Below, in pieces: positions 37,685 to 46,431 of a stretch of DNA of 64,000 nt. Position 1 is the stretch's first letter. Every line of letters begins with the position of its first letter. Made by a program: the position numbers and the translations under genes. The notes under the pieces are model-generated. The model did no database searches, was not told the DNA's origin, and saw nothing but the letters and a program-made list of their open reading frames with translations. Source of the stretch: Gemmatimonas sp. (GTDB taxonomy: Bacteria; Gemmatimonadota; Gemmatimonadetes; Gemmatimonadales; Gemmatimonadaceae); assembly GCA_031414535.1 (NCBI GenBank), contig JANNVQ010000038.1, positions 1-64,000 on the forward strand. The letters are read 5' to 3'.

Positions 37685-38571
37685 GCGCGGAGTCCCTAGC
37701 CGCGACTCCGCTCGCGAAGGATTTCATCGCGCTCACCAAGCCACGAATCATCTCGTTGCTGTTGGTGACCACGCTCGCGCCCATGTACGTGGCGGGGGTG
37801 CCGACGCTGGCCACGGTGGCCATCGTGATGCTGGGCGGGTACCTGATGGCGGGTGGTGCCAACGCCGTGAACATGTACTTGGACCGCGACATTGACGACG
37901 TGATGGCGCGGACCAAGCTGCGGCCGATTCCGAGCGGGCGCATGCACGCCACCGCGGTGCTGGCCTTCGGAGTCGGCATTGCCACGGCCGCGACCTGGAT
38001 GCTGGCGAGCTTCGTGAACGTGCTGACGGCCGCGCTGGCTCTCGCGGGCTTCTACTTCTATGTCTTCATCTACACGCGCTGGCTCAAGCGCACGTCCCCT
38101 CAGAACATCGTGATTGGCGGGGCGGCCGGTGCGTTTCCCCCACTGGTGGGCTGGGCGGCGGTCACGGGCTCGCTGGACCTCACCGCGTGGTTTCTGTTCT
38201 TGATCGTGTTCTACTGGACCCCGCCCCACTTCTGGGCGCTCGCGCTCAATAAACAGAAGGACTACGGCAACGCCGGTGTGCCGATGGCGCCGCTGGTCTG
38301 GGGCGAGGACGAGACCATCGCGCAGATGTGGTGGTACACGGTGCTACTCGTGGGACTCACGGTGTTACCGGCAACCTTCGGCGCGTTTGGATTGATCTAT
38401 TTGATCTCCGCGCTCGTGCTCGGCGGGCTTCTTCTCTGGGGCGTGTGGCGCGTTCGCGTAGCGCCACCTGATCAGCGTGCGAAGCCGTCTTGGTGGGTGT
38501 ATGGGTACTCGCTGCTGTACTTGGCTTTGCTGTTCGTAGCGATGGCGGCGGATCGGCGGTTGGTCTTTTAA
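37681..38571 (+). CDS. ctaB: Heme O synthase (protoheme IX farnesyltransferase)
   Basis: LTKPRI, NMYLDRDIDDVMARTKLRPIPSG, YTRWLKR, WTPPHFWALA. Confidence 0.95.
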   Translation: MSAESLAATPLAKDFIALTKPRIISLLLVTTLAPMYVAGVPTLATVAIVMLGGYLMAGGANAVNMYLDRDIDDVMARTKLRPIPSGRMHATAVLAFGVGIATAATWMLASFVNVLTAALALAGFYFYVFIYTRWLKRTSPQNIVIGGAAGAFPPLVGWAAVTGSLDLTAWFLFLIVFYWTPPHFWALALNKQKDYGNAGVPMAPLVWGEDETIAQMWWYTVLLVGLTVLPATFGAFGLIYLISALVLGGLLLWGVWRVRVAPPDQRAKPSWWVYGYSLLYLALLFVAMAADRRLVF

Positions 38572-38577
38572 CTGCTA

Positions 38578-38702
38578 TTCACCACAGAGGCACGGAGTCA
38601 CGGAGACTGCTGGAGATTCTTTGGGGGGCCGCGCCGATGCTTCGGTGCGAGCCCCCCAATTTTCCTTTGCCGTTCTCCGAGCCTCTGTGCCTCCGTGGTC
38701 AA
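38578..38702. mobile_element. MITE/REP-like element, copy 1 (125 bp)
   Basis: Terminal inverted repeats TTCACCACAGAGGCACGGAG / CTCTGTGCCTCCGTGGTCAA; homologous copy at 46432-46563. Confidence 0.7.
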
Positions 38703-38707
38703 CGCCG

Positions 38708-39892
38708 TTAGATGATCACAAGCTCGCGCTGATACTCGGCAGGCGTCACGACCAACCCGGCTGAGGTCACGTACGCATTGACCTCGGTGCGCATGCCGAA
38801 TTCGCCGGCGATGTAAATCCCCGGCTCAATCGAGAACCCCACGCCCGTGATCAACTCTCGCTCGTCGCGCGATTCGAGGTCATCGAGGTTCGGGCCCATG
38901 CCGTGCAATCCACGCGCGTCAATGGAATGGCCCGTACGATGCGTGAAGTACTTGCCGTAGCCGCGCTGCTCAATCACGGCGCGTGAGGCAGCGTCGGCCT
39001 CACGGCCTTGGACGGTCTCCCCTGCACCGAGCTTCTTCGCGAGGAGGGCGATGGCCGCATCACGCGCATCGCGAAGGGCGGCCCAAACGTCCTGCTGCTT
39101 GGCCGCGGGGGTGCCGACGACCGCCATGTAGGTCTGGTCGGCCCACATCGCGCCGGGCAGCTGCTTGGTCGCCCAGAGATCAATGAGCACGACGTCCCCA
39201 GTCACGATGCGCCGAGGATGCTTGGCTGAGGGCTCATAGTGGGGGTTCGCGGCATTCTCGCTCGCCGACACGTTGGGACCGTGGTCGGTGAACAGGCCAT
39301 GCGCCGCGAACTGGCCCTGAATCCACTCCATCACCTCATGCTCGTGGATGGGCGTGCCCGCCTTGATGTGCGCACCGATCCGCGCAAAGGCGGCGTGCGC
39401 GAACCCACGCAGCAACTCCGCGTGATGACGATGCGACGCGATTTCCGCCTCGCTCCACACGGCGAAGAACTTGGTCACCAAGGCCCCGCTGGTCAGCACC
39501 TCGGCGCCGGCGCCGCGCACCATCTCGATGACCCCCGCGGGCACACGATCCACCACCGGCACCGCGTCGTCAGGGGAATACTCCATGGCGATGCGCTTGC
39601 CCTTCACCATGGTTGGCAACAAGGCTTCGAGTTCGCGCCACGCCGAGTAGACGTGCTTGGGCCACGCGGCTGGCCACGCAGCCCAAGGACCCGGCTCAAT
39701 GGCGTGCGTAATTGCCTGCGGGATGCCCTCGGTGGGGATCCAAGCGAAGATACGCCGCGTGACCATCCCCTTGATGCCAAGCACACCGGCGGCCACCGGA
39801 TTGAGGCCACGGAAGTCGTAGACGAGCCAGCCGTCGAGACCGGCCTCTTTCAGGGCCGTCTGTACTTGAGCGAGCGTGTGCGTGTTGAGCAT
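38708..39892 (-). CDS. M24 family Xaa-Pro aminopeptidase-like protein
   Basis: NPHY, VLIDLW, ADQT, HRTGHSI, FSIEPGIY, RTE metal ligands. Confidence 0.9.
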   Translation of the reverse strand: MLNTHTLAQVQTALKEAGLDGWLVYDFRGLNPVAAGVLGIKGMVTRRIFAWIPTEGIPQAITHAIEPGPWAAWPAAWPKHVYSAWRELEALLPTMVKGKRIAMEYSPDDAVPVVDRVPAGVIEMVRGAGAEVLTSGALVTKFFAVWSEAEIASHRHHAELLRGFAHAAFARIGAHIKAGTPIHEHEVMEWIQGQFAAHGLFTDHGPNVSASENAANPHYEPSAKHPRRIVTGDVVLIDLWATKQLPGAMWADQTYMAVVGTPAAKQQDVWAALRDARDAAIALLAKKLGAGETVQGREADAASRAVIEQRGYGKYFTHRTGHSIDARGLHGMGPNLDDLESRDERELITGVGFSIEPGIYIAGEFGMRTEVNAYVTSAGLVVTPAEYQRELVII

Positions 39893-39894
39893 GG

Positions 39895-40515
39895 TCAGCG
39901 CACCGCTCGCCACTGAGCGCGCCATTCACAGGTTCCCTCGCCGCGCGACGCGCAGCGCACGTGTTCCACTGCTCCCACACCATCGACCAACTGCTGCATG
40001 AGTTCGCGCAGGGCGGCTTCGTAAAATGTGCAGCCGGCGAGCTTTGGCGCGGCATCGAGTGTGACGGAGTTTTGGATGTCTAAATGAATACTCGCGCCAA
40101 CGCGCCGCACGTCGCCACCGAGGTAGCGCTCGCCGATGCGGCGGATTTGCCGCAGGGCCAAGGGACGGGCCACGAGCGCGGGCAAGACGTGCGTGAGTTT
40201 CCGTACCGGCCCCGAGACGCGGTCGTAGGTCCGCCGCGCGATGTTGCGGCCGGCTTCGCGGAACACGGCCTCGGCGTCCGGGCGGCGTCCGATGAGCCGC
40301 GCGATGCCAGCGGCCTCCTCCAGGCTCGGCCGCTGCCCGCGCTTCACCGCCTCATGGTAGCGGCGGATCTGGGCGTGGACGGTGTCGCTCAGGCCGAAGC
40401 GCTTGGTGCGCAGCTCCTCGACGAACTCCGTCTCCAATTCCTCGTCTGGCAGGTCTACCATACGCACGGCTTCGAGGAGGGCGAGCGGGACCAACGGGTC
40501 GACGGTGGCAGACAC
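39895..40515 (-). CDS. V4R-domain protein
   Basis: C-terminal CTFYEAALREL...VEHVRCASRGEGTCEW pattern; GTG start inferred. Confidence 0.65.
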   Translation of the reverse strand: MSATVDPLVPLALLEAVRMVDLPDEELETEFVEELRTKRFGLSDTVHAQIRRYHEAVKRGQRPSLEEAAGIARLIGRRPDAEAVFREAGRNIARRTYDRVSGPVRKLTHVLPALVARPLALRQIRRIGERYLGGDVRRVGASIHLDIQNSVTLDAAPKLAGCTFYEAALRELMQQLVDGVGAVEHVRCASRGEGTCEWRAQWRAVR

Positions 40516-40596
40516 GAGACGGGGGTGGGAGACTGGCTTGGAACTGTGGAAGAAGTTAATGGTTGAGTCAGTGTTGGTGGCACCTCTTGTCTGCGA

Positions 40597-40872
40597 ATGG
40601 CCATAGAAACTCCCCTCTCGTTGGACCACACGCAGCCCTGCGCTGAGTATCGCCGCGTCCTCGACGACTTCGCGGCGGACGAGGTTGACGCCGTGGTGAT
40701 GGTTCGCGCCGAGGCGCACATGGCCCGATGCCAAGATTGCCGCTTTGCACTAGCGCAGGCCCGTTCGTACCGGCGGATGATGCGGCGCGTGGGTCAGGGG
40801 GTGCGCGCGCCGAGTGTGATGCGCGATCGAGCAGTGGCGCTTCTTCGCGGACCGCGCCCACCGCAATCGTGA
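40597..40872 (+). CDS. zf-HC2 (ZAS anti-sigma-like) small protein
   Basis: N-terminal Cys followed by HMARCQDC (HxxxCxxC). Confidence 0.72.
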   Translation: MAIETPLSLDHTQPCAEYRRVLDDFAADEVDAVVMVRAEAHMARCQDCRFALAQARSYRRMMRRVGQGVRAPSVMRDRAVALLRGPRPPQS

Positions 40873-40879
40873 CCGACCG

Positions 40880-41662
40880 GTGATCCTGCGTCTCGTCATC
40901 GGACTCGCTGTTGCGGGACTCGTGGCCTGGGCGGGTAAACGAGCGGGTTCGCTGAACGCATCCGGTGCTCGCGCCGCGACCATCGTGGGCGGCATGGCAG
41001 TAGGCGCCGGCTGGGGCTGGGGAGTCCTGCTGATTGGGTGGTTTGTAGCCTCGAGCGGGCTCACGCGGCTGGGTAGCATCAAGAAGTCTGCCCGCACGCG
41101 GGCCACGCTCACGCCGGCTTCGGCGCGAAACGCGACGCAGGTGTGGGCAAACGGCGGCGTGTTTGCAGGCGCCGCGCTTCTCGGTACCGCGACGGGTGCG
41201 TCGGGTTGGACACTCGTCGCCGTCGGCGCGCTTGCCGCGGCCGCCGCGGATACTTGGAGTTCGGAGATTGGACTTTTGCTGGGCGGGGCGCCTCGCTCGA
41301 TTGTGACGTGGCGGCGCGTCGAGCCAGGGCTCTCCGGTGGCATCACATTGGCTGGCTCGCTGGGCGGCGCGCTGGGGTCCACGTTTGTAGCGCTCGCCGT
41401 AGGACTGATCGTGCCAGGCGCCTCTATTTTGCGCATTGCGCTCGCCGGCATGATTGGCGGTGTGGGCGATTCGTTACTGGGTGCCACGGTTCAGGTGGTG
41501 CGTCGCTGCGCGCGCTGCGGGGCGTTCACGGAACGGGCCATCCACGACTGCGGCACGGCCACCGATCACGCTCGCGGATGGCGCTGGATGACCAATGACA
41601 CTGTTAACCTTGCTGCGACGTTGATTGGGGCGGGGGCGGCGTTGCTGCTCCCCATTCCTTAA
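40880..41662 (+). CDS. DUF92/TMEM19 family membrane protein
   Basis: RNATQVWANGG, ADTWSSEIG, GLSGGITLAG, DSLLGATVQ, NDTVN. Confidence 0.88.
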   Translation: MILRLVIGLAVAGLVAWAGKRAGSLNASGARAATIVGGMAVGAGWGWGVLLIGWFVASSGLTRLGSIKKSARTRATLTPASARNATQVWANGGVFAGAALLGTATGASGWTLVAVGALAAAAADTWSSEIGLLLGGAPRSIVTWRRVEPGLSGGITLAGSLGGALGSTFVALAVGLIVPGASILRIALAGMIGGVGDSLLGATVQVVRRCARCGAFTERAIHDCGTATDHARGWRWMTNDTVNLAATLIGAGAALLLPIP

Positions 41663-41674
41663 GCTCATGAAGCA

Positions 41675-42151
41675 ATGACTCTCGATCCCGCCACGTACCG
41701 TTCCACGCTCGGACGCTTTGCGTCTGGCATCACCATCATCACTGCCCGCGACGCCGAAGGTCGCGACGTGGGGATGACGGTCAGCGCGTTCTCCTCGCTC
41801 TCGCTCACGCCGCCGCTGGTCCTGATCTGCATTGACAACGCGGCCTCCGTTGCGCCGGTGCTGGAACACTGCGAGACCTTCGCCGTCAACATCCTCGCGG
41901 ACGATCAGGAAGAACTGTCGCGCCGTTTCGCCAAGCGGGAGTTGAATCGCTTTGAGGGAGTGCCCATCGCGCGCGGCGAGTTGGGAGTGGCCTTGCTCGA
42001 TGGCGCGCTTGCCAACCTCGAATGCCGCGTGAGTGCCCGTCAGCCCGGCGGCGACCACACCATCCTGATCGGCGAAGTGAAGGCGGCCAACCTGCGCGAG
42101 GGGCATCCCCTGCTCTACTACCGTGGTGGCTACGGACGGCTCGAACGCTAA
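41675..42151 (+). CDS. Flavin reductase family protein
   Basis: FASGITIIT, GMTVSAFSSLSLTPPLV, GGDHTILIGEV. Confidence 0.92.
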   Translation: MTLDPATYRSTLGRFASGITIITARDAEGRDVGMTVSAFSSLSLTPPLVLICIDNAASVAPVLEHCETFAVNILADDQEELSRRFAKRELNRFEGVPIARGELGVALLDGALANLECRVSARQPGGDHTILIGEVKAANLREGHPLLYYRGGYGRLER

Positions 42152-42160
42152 GTTTGTGGA

Positions 42161-42829
42161 ATGACCCTCGAGTTTGAACGCGAAGACGCGGTCCAGAAAC
42201 TCTGCGCGGCCTACGCGCGGGACCACATCACGACTGGCGAACTTGAGTCGCGGTTGGAGCGCGTGTACAAGGCATCCGACCAAGCGCAGCTGACCACCCT
42301 GCTCGAAGGTCTACCTGCCGTGCAACTGCAGCGGCTGGGTGACGCACAGGTGGTCGCACCAAGCCTCCCGCCCCGCACACCATTGCCCCCTTTGCCGGCC
42401 GCAACGCTGCGCCGTCATGGCCCTGGTGCCCCCGGTGAGAAGCGCTACGCCGCGTTCATGAGTGAGATTCGCAAGGAAGGCGCGTGGTCGCCGAGCCCAG
42501 TAATTCTCGCCAAAACCATCATGGGCAGTGTCTTGCTCGATTTCCGGGAGGCGCACATTCCGGCAGAGGGCATCGAGATCTATGCCGACGTCTTCATGGG
42601 CGACCTCAAGATCATTCTGCCACCCGGACTGCCGGCCGAGGTGGATTGCTCCACCTTCATGGGCTCCGTCAACGACAAGTCCAAGGCTGGAGTGTCGGGT
42701 GCGCCGTTGGTTCGCGTCGGGGGCTCCACCTTTATGGGCGGCATCAGCGTCGTAACCAAGGCGCCACGTCGAGAAGGTGAAAGCGCGTTTCGCGCGCAGA
42801 TGCGAAGCTGGCTCGGCAGCGGAGAATAA
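42161..42829 (+). CDS. DUF1707 (SHOCT-like) protein with LiaF-like C-terminal domain
   Basis: REDAVQKL..AY...I...E...RL; repeated F/I-M-G beta motifs. Confidence 0.72.
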   Translation: MTLEFEREDAVQKLCAAYARDHITTGELESRLERVYKASDQAQLTTLLEGLPAVQLQRLGDAQVVAPSLPPRTPLPPLPAATLRRHGPGAPGEKRYAAFMSEIRKEGAWSPSPVILAKTIMGSVLLDFREAHIPAEGIEIYADVFMGDLKIILPPGLPAEVDCSTFMGSVNDKSKAGVSGAPLVRVGGSTFMGGISVVTKAPRREGESAFRAQMRSWLGSGE

Positions 42830-42833
42830 ACTG

Positions 42834-42866
42834 AAGCGGGGCCGGTCAACCTGACCGGCCCCGCTT
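42834..42866. terminator. Hairpin between convergent genes
   Basis: aagcggggccggtca-acc-tgaccggccccgctt, 15-bp perfect stem. Confidence 0.8.
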
Positions 42867-42889
42867 GGCTTTCTGCGTCACCACCGAAC

Positions 42890-43432
42890 TTAGGGTCCTT
42901 GGGAGAGGTACTGCTCAGAGTAGCGCACAATGCTCTCGTCAACGATTCGCATGGCCTCGTCACTCTTGCCCCAGCCGATGATCTCAACGCGCTTACCCTC
43001 TAGGTCCTTGTAGATCGCGAAAAAGTGCTCAATCTCCCGTAGGTAATGGTGGGGGAGATCTGCGATGTCGAAGTACTCGTCGTGCATTGGGTCATCCACG
43101 GGCACCGCGAGAATCTTGTCGTCGGGCTCGCCCTTGTCGAGCATCTTCAGCACACCAACGGGACGGACGTCAATCAAGCATCCCGTGAAGGTGGGCTCCT
43201 TGATCATCACGAGAACGTCGAGCGGATCGTTGTCCTCGTGCAGGGTGCGTGGAATGAGTCCGTAATCGCCGGGATAGTGCACCGCCGAATACAAGACGCG
43301 ATCGAGGCGAAAGAGTCCGGATTCTTTATCGAGTTCGTACTTGTTGCGCGATCCGCGCGGGATCTCAATGACCGCGGTAACGACCTCAGGCGCGGAGCGG
43401 CCGGGGGGGAGATCCTTCCAGGGATGAATCAC
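42890..43432 (-). CDS. ppa: Family I inorganic pyrophosphatase
   Basis: EIPRGSRNKYE, YPGDYG, DNDPLDVL, DDKILAV. Confidence 0.95.
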   Translation of the reverse strand: MIHPWKDLPPGRSAPEVVTAVIEIPRGSRNKYELDKESGLFRLDRVLYSAVHYPGDYGLIPRTLHEDNDPLDVLVMIKEPTFTGCLIDVRPVGVLKMLDKGEPDDKILAVPVDDPMHDEYFDIADLPHHYLREIEHFFAIYKDLEGKRVEIIGWGKSDEAMRIVDESIVRYSEQYLSQGP

Positions 43433-43563
43433 GAGCCACGCTCGGCGGCGGCGCGCTTGCGGGCCACGGTATTACGTCGCACGCGGATGGAAATCCCGTA
43501 CACGACGAAGAGTCCAATGATGGCGCCGTAGGCCACCTGGAAGTAGATCGCGTTGTCGGGCAT
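43429..43563 (-). CDS. ccmD: CcmD-like small membrane protein (44 aa), absent from the ORF track
   Basis: MPDNAIYFQVAYGAIIGLFVVYGISIRVRRNTVARKRAAAERGS; overlaps the ccmC stop and ppa start; AY motif, one TM, basic tail. Confidence 0.72.
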   Translation of the reverse strand: MPDNAIYFQVAYGAIIGLFVVYGISIRVRRNTVARKRAAAERGS

Positions 43564-44261
43564 TAGCGCTCCGCAGTGGAAAGGTCGTGCAGCGCATCAC
43601 GCTCAGCCGCCAGTGCCATGCGCTGACGCACAAGAGCCAAGTACAGCACGGTGAACGCGCCTAGCGAGAGGAAGAGCGTCTTGATCATCACCGCCGGCAT
43701 CTGGATGCCCGCCGTGTTGGCCACGATGGGCGTAGGATGCTGTGTGCGAAACAGGTACACACTCAAGTGAATGAACGGAATGAGTAGCGCGCCAAGAATG
43801 CCGACCACGGCGGAGTAGCGCGCGCGCGCTTCGGGATCATCCACCGCCGACCGCAACACTAGGTAGCCGAGGTAGAGGAACCAGAGGAAGAGCGTCAGGG
43901 TGAGCCGCGCATCCCACACCCACCAGGCGCCCCAAATCGGCCTACCCCAGAGCGGACCCGAGACGAGTACGCCGGTGGTGAAGATTACGCCGACCTCCGC
44001 CGAGGACTCGGCAAAGCGGTCAAGACGCGCATCCTTGATGAACAACCAGACGCCGCCGGCGATGGCGGTGAGACCAAAGGCGAGAAAGGCCACCCAGGCC
44101 GACGGGAGATGCACATAGAAAATCTTCTGCGCCAATCCCTGCAGGCGCTCAGCCGGCGTGAACCAAATGGCACGCGTGAGCGCGGTGGCCATGAGGAGCA
44201 CCGCCGCGAGCATCAGCCAATCAATACCGCGCGTGCGCGCGGATGAAACAGTAGCGGTCAC
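43563..44261 (-). CDS. ccmC: Cytochrome c maturation heme chaperone-loading protein CcmC
   Basis: IFYVHLP, WGRPIWGAWWVWDARLT (WWD motif), second His in RTQHP. Confidence 0.93.
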   Translation of the reverse strand: MTATVSSARTRGIDWLMLAAVLLMATALTRAIWFTPAERLQGLAQKIFYVHLPSAWVAFLAFGLTAIAGGVWLFIKDARLDRFAESSAEVGVIFTTGVLVSGPLWGRPIWGAWWVWDARLTLTLFLWFLYLGYLVLRSAVDDPEARARYSAVVGILGALLIPFIHLSVYLFRTQHPTPIVANTAGIQMPAVMIKTLFLSLGAFTVLYLALVRQRMALAAERDALHDLSTAER

Positions 44262-44264
44262 AGG

Positions 44265-44960
44265 TCAGTCTTCAAGCGTGAAGGGGAACGCCAAGGTACA
44301 GGCATACACAAAGACGAGGTCAAACGCGAGCAGGATACGAATCCAGCCCAAGGATTCGTCGAGCGGGCGCCCGGCGAGCAACTTGGCCGTCACCTGCGCG
44401 GCCGGCAGCACGATGGGCACGAAAAACGGTAGCGCGAGCACTGGCAAGAGCAGTTCCGCCATTCGCGTGTTGGACGTGATGCCGGCGAACAGGGTCCCGA
44501 CGCAGGTCAGGCCGATGGCCGCGAGCACCATCACGAGCGCGAGCGGCCCTATGATCGAGCTGAAAGGCAGATTGTAGAACAGCGAGACTGCGGGCAACGC
44601 TACGAGTTGAACGCCGATGACGAACACGAGGTTCGCCATTGCCTTGCCCAAAAAGATCGCCTCCCGTGAGATGGGCGCCACGAGCAGCGCATCCATGGCG
44701 CGCTCTGCGGCTTCCACGCCGAAGGAGCGATGGAGGCCGAGGAGTCCCGAGTAGGTGAAGGTCACCCAGAGAATGCCCGGTGCCACATCCACCGCCGCAA
44801 CGGCGGTCGGATCCCACGCAAAGTAGAAGATGACGAGGGAGAGCAGCGAGAGCACCATCGCGGAGAGAAACGCAGAGCGGGTGCGGAACTCGATGGCGAG
44901 GTCCTTCTGCGCAACAATCAAGGCGGAGGCGAACATGCCCGGCGGCGTGGCACGACTCAC
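44265..44960 (-). CDS. ccmB: Heme exporter protein CcmB
   Basis: KDLAIEFR, PGILW, LLLPVLALP. Confidence 0.92.
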   Translation of the reverse strand: MSRATPPGMFASALIVAQKDLAIEFRTRSAFLSAMVLSLLSLVIFYFAWDPTAVAAVDVAPGILWVTFTYSGLLGLHRSFGVEAAERAMDALLVAPISREAIFLGKAMANLVFVIGVQLVALPAVSLFYNLPFSSIIGPLALVMVLAAIGLTCVGTLFAGITSNTRMAELLLPVLALPFFVPIVLPAAQVTAKLLAGRPLDESLGWIRILLAFDLVFVYACTLAFPFTLED

Positions 44961-45655
44961 GAAAACAGCTCCCGGTACTCGGCGGCGTAGCGTGTGAGGT
45001 CGAGCTCACGCGTGGGCTCGTGACGGAGAAAGCGACCGGCTCGCATCACGGCAGCCTGCGAAGCCACGGCGAGGCCCTCACTGAGCTGGTGCGTGACGAC
45101 CACGAGCGCGGCGCCAGCGGCGCGACGCTCGAGGAGCAAGCCGGTGAGGGCCGCGCTGCCTTGTTCATCAAGACCGGTATACGGCTCGTCGGCGAGGAGC
45201 ACGTCGGGCTGGTGCACGATGGCACGGGCAATCGCAACGCGCTGCTGCAGGCCGCGCGAGAGCGCCCGCACGGGCACGTCGGAGCGGTCCGCGACGCGCA
45301 GTGCCTCGAGTGCCCGCTGGGTGGCGGCATCCAGGTCGGCGATGCCGTGCAACTGCGCGGCGAAGCGCACGTTTTCGCGAGCACTGAGCGCGTCGTAGAG
45401 CATCGTGCGGTGCGATATGAGTCCCACGCGGGCGCGAGCGGAGACAGCGGGCAACGCATCGCCGCCGATTCTCGCGACTCCGCCGGCGGGCTTGAGCAGG
45501 CCAGCGAGCAGCCTCAGCAGCGTGGTCTTGCCGGCACCGTTGGGCCCGAAGAGGGCGAGCGCGTCACCAGCCGCCACCGTGAACGAGACGTCATCCACAG
45601 CTCGACGCGTGCCGAAGCTGCGCACGAGGCCCGTAGCTTCGAGAAGCGCGGTCAC
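44957..45655 (-). CDS. ccmA: Heme ABC exporter ATPase CcmA
   Basis: GPNGAGKTT, LSRGLQQR, DEPYTGLD; upstream of ccmBC. Confidence 0.9.
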   Translation of the reverse strand: MTALLEATGLVRSFGTRRAVDDVSFTVAAGDALALFGPNGAGKTTLLRLLAGLLKPAGGVARIGGDALPAVSARARVGLISHRTMLYDALSARENVRFAAQLHGIADLDAATQRALEALRVADRSDVPVRALSRGLQQRVAIARAIVHQPDVLLADEPYTGLDEQGSAALTGLLLERRAAGAALVVVTHQLSEGLAVASQAAVMRAGRFLRHEPTRELDLTRYAAEYRELFS

Positions 45656-45726
45656 GACCTGAGGACTCTGGGGGGCTGCATCCTCAGAAAACTACCAACG
45701 GAGGCGCCGTCGCGGGACGGTGCCTT

Positions 45727-46074
45727 TTAGTTGCTCGGTCGTGAGTCCGAACGATCGATGTCGAATAGCGCGCCCATATGCGTCTCCGTGAGGAGCCGCT
45801 GCACGAGGGAGGGCACCGAGAGGAGTCGCGTGCGAAGCCCACGTTCACGCGCGCGCTTCTGGAGGAGAATGAGGACGCCGAGTCCCGAGGCATCGAGCTC
45901 GACGACACCGGAAAGATCGAGATTCACCGAACTCTCACCGGCGGCCGAGGCCGACTCGAGGGCGTTGAGCACGTCTTGACGGAATTCAAGGCGGTAGTCC
46001 GCCGTGAGACGCGCGGGGCAAACGAGGGGAGTCATTGGATCGCCAGGGATATACAGGTAAGGCAGCGCGGTCAT
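45727..46074 (-). CDS. STAS domain protein (anti-anti-sigma-like)
   Basis: VNLDLSGVVELDASGLGVL motif; GGAGG RBS before ATG 46074 (alternative start 46035). Confidence 0.85.
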   Translation of the reverse strand: MTALPYLYIPGDPMTPLVCPARLTADYRLEFRQDVLNALESASAAGESSVNLDLSGVVELDASGLGVLILLQKRARERGLRTRLLSVPSLVQRLLTETHMGALFDIDRSDSRPSN

Positions 46075-46155
46075 GCGACCTCCGAGAGGAAGCCCCTCCC
46101 CACAGCGACCCAGAACTGCTCCTGCTGCCCGATGGGCACCTGGCCCATCCCTCTT

Positions 46156-46240
46156 CACTTCGGCAACCGGACGATCTCGGTAATCCGAGATTCCTGGCTT
46201 TGCGTCCCCGCCTCGCAGCGAGTTTGCTCTTGTCGGTGTG
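46156..46240 (-). ncRNA. GEMM-I (c-di-GMP-I class) riboswitch aptamer, A20 variant
   Basis: Minus strand CACACCGACAAGAGCAAACUCGCU-GCGA-GGCGGGGACGCAAAGCCAGGAAUCUCGG-AUUA-CCGAGAUCGUCCGGUUGCCGAAGUG: GCAAAC, GNRA-capped P2, GACGCAAAGCC junction, P3, GGUUGCCG. Confidence 0.9.
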
Positions 46241-46267
46241 GCGAATTGCTTTGCACTGCTAAAGTAT

Positions 46268-46283
46268 GGCGAGATGCGTGCCA
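46268..46283 (-). promoter_or_regulatory. sigma54 promoter driving the riboswitch-STAS transcript
   Basis: TGGCACGCATCTCGCC with GG-N10-GC spacing; predicted TSS near 46257, about 17 nt before the aptamer; AT-rich tract upstream. Confidence 0.75.
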
Positions 46284-46431
46284 AGTTATGGCGCGACGTA
46301 ACCCGTTGTTGTTGAGCAGTTTAAGTCATTATCACAACGTGATTTTAGGGAAAAGAGGCGCGGCCTGCGGCGGTAGTGGCGCAATGCGCGTCGCTGTCTG
46401 GTTTCTATTCGCCTTTCCGGTTTAAACGGCA

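Noticed and set aside
46239..46255. + strand sigma54-like box TGGCGAATTGCTTTGCA toward acs
   Set aside because: GG-to-GC spacing is 11 nt instead of the required 10; acs has a -10-type leaderless signal instead.
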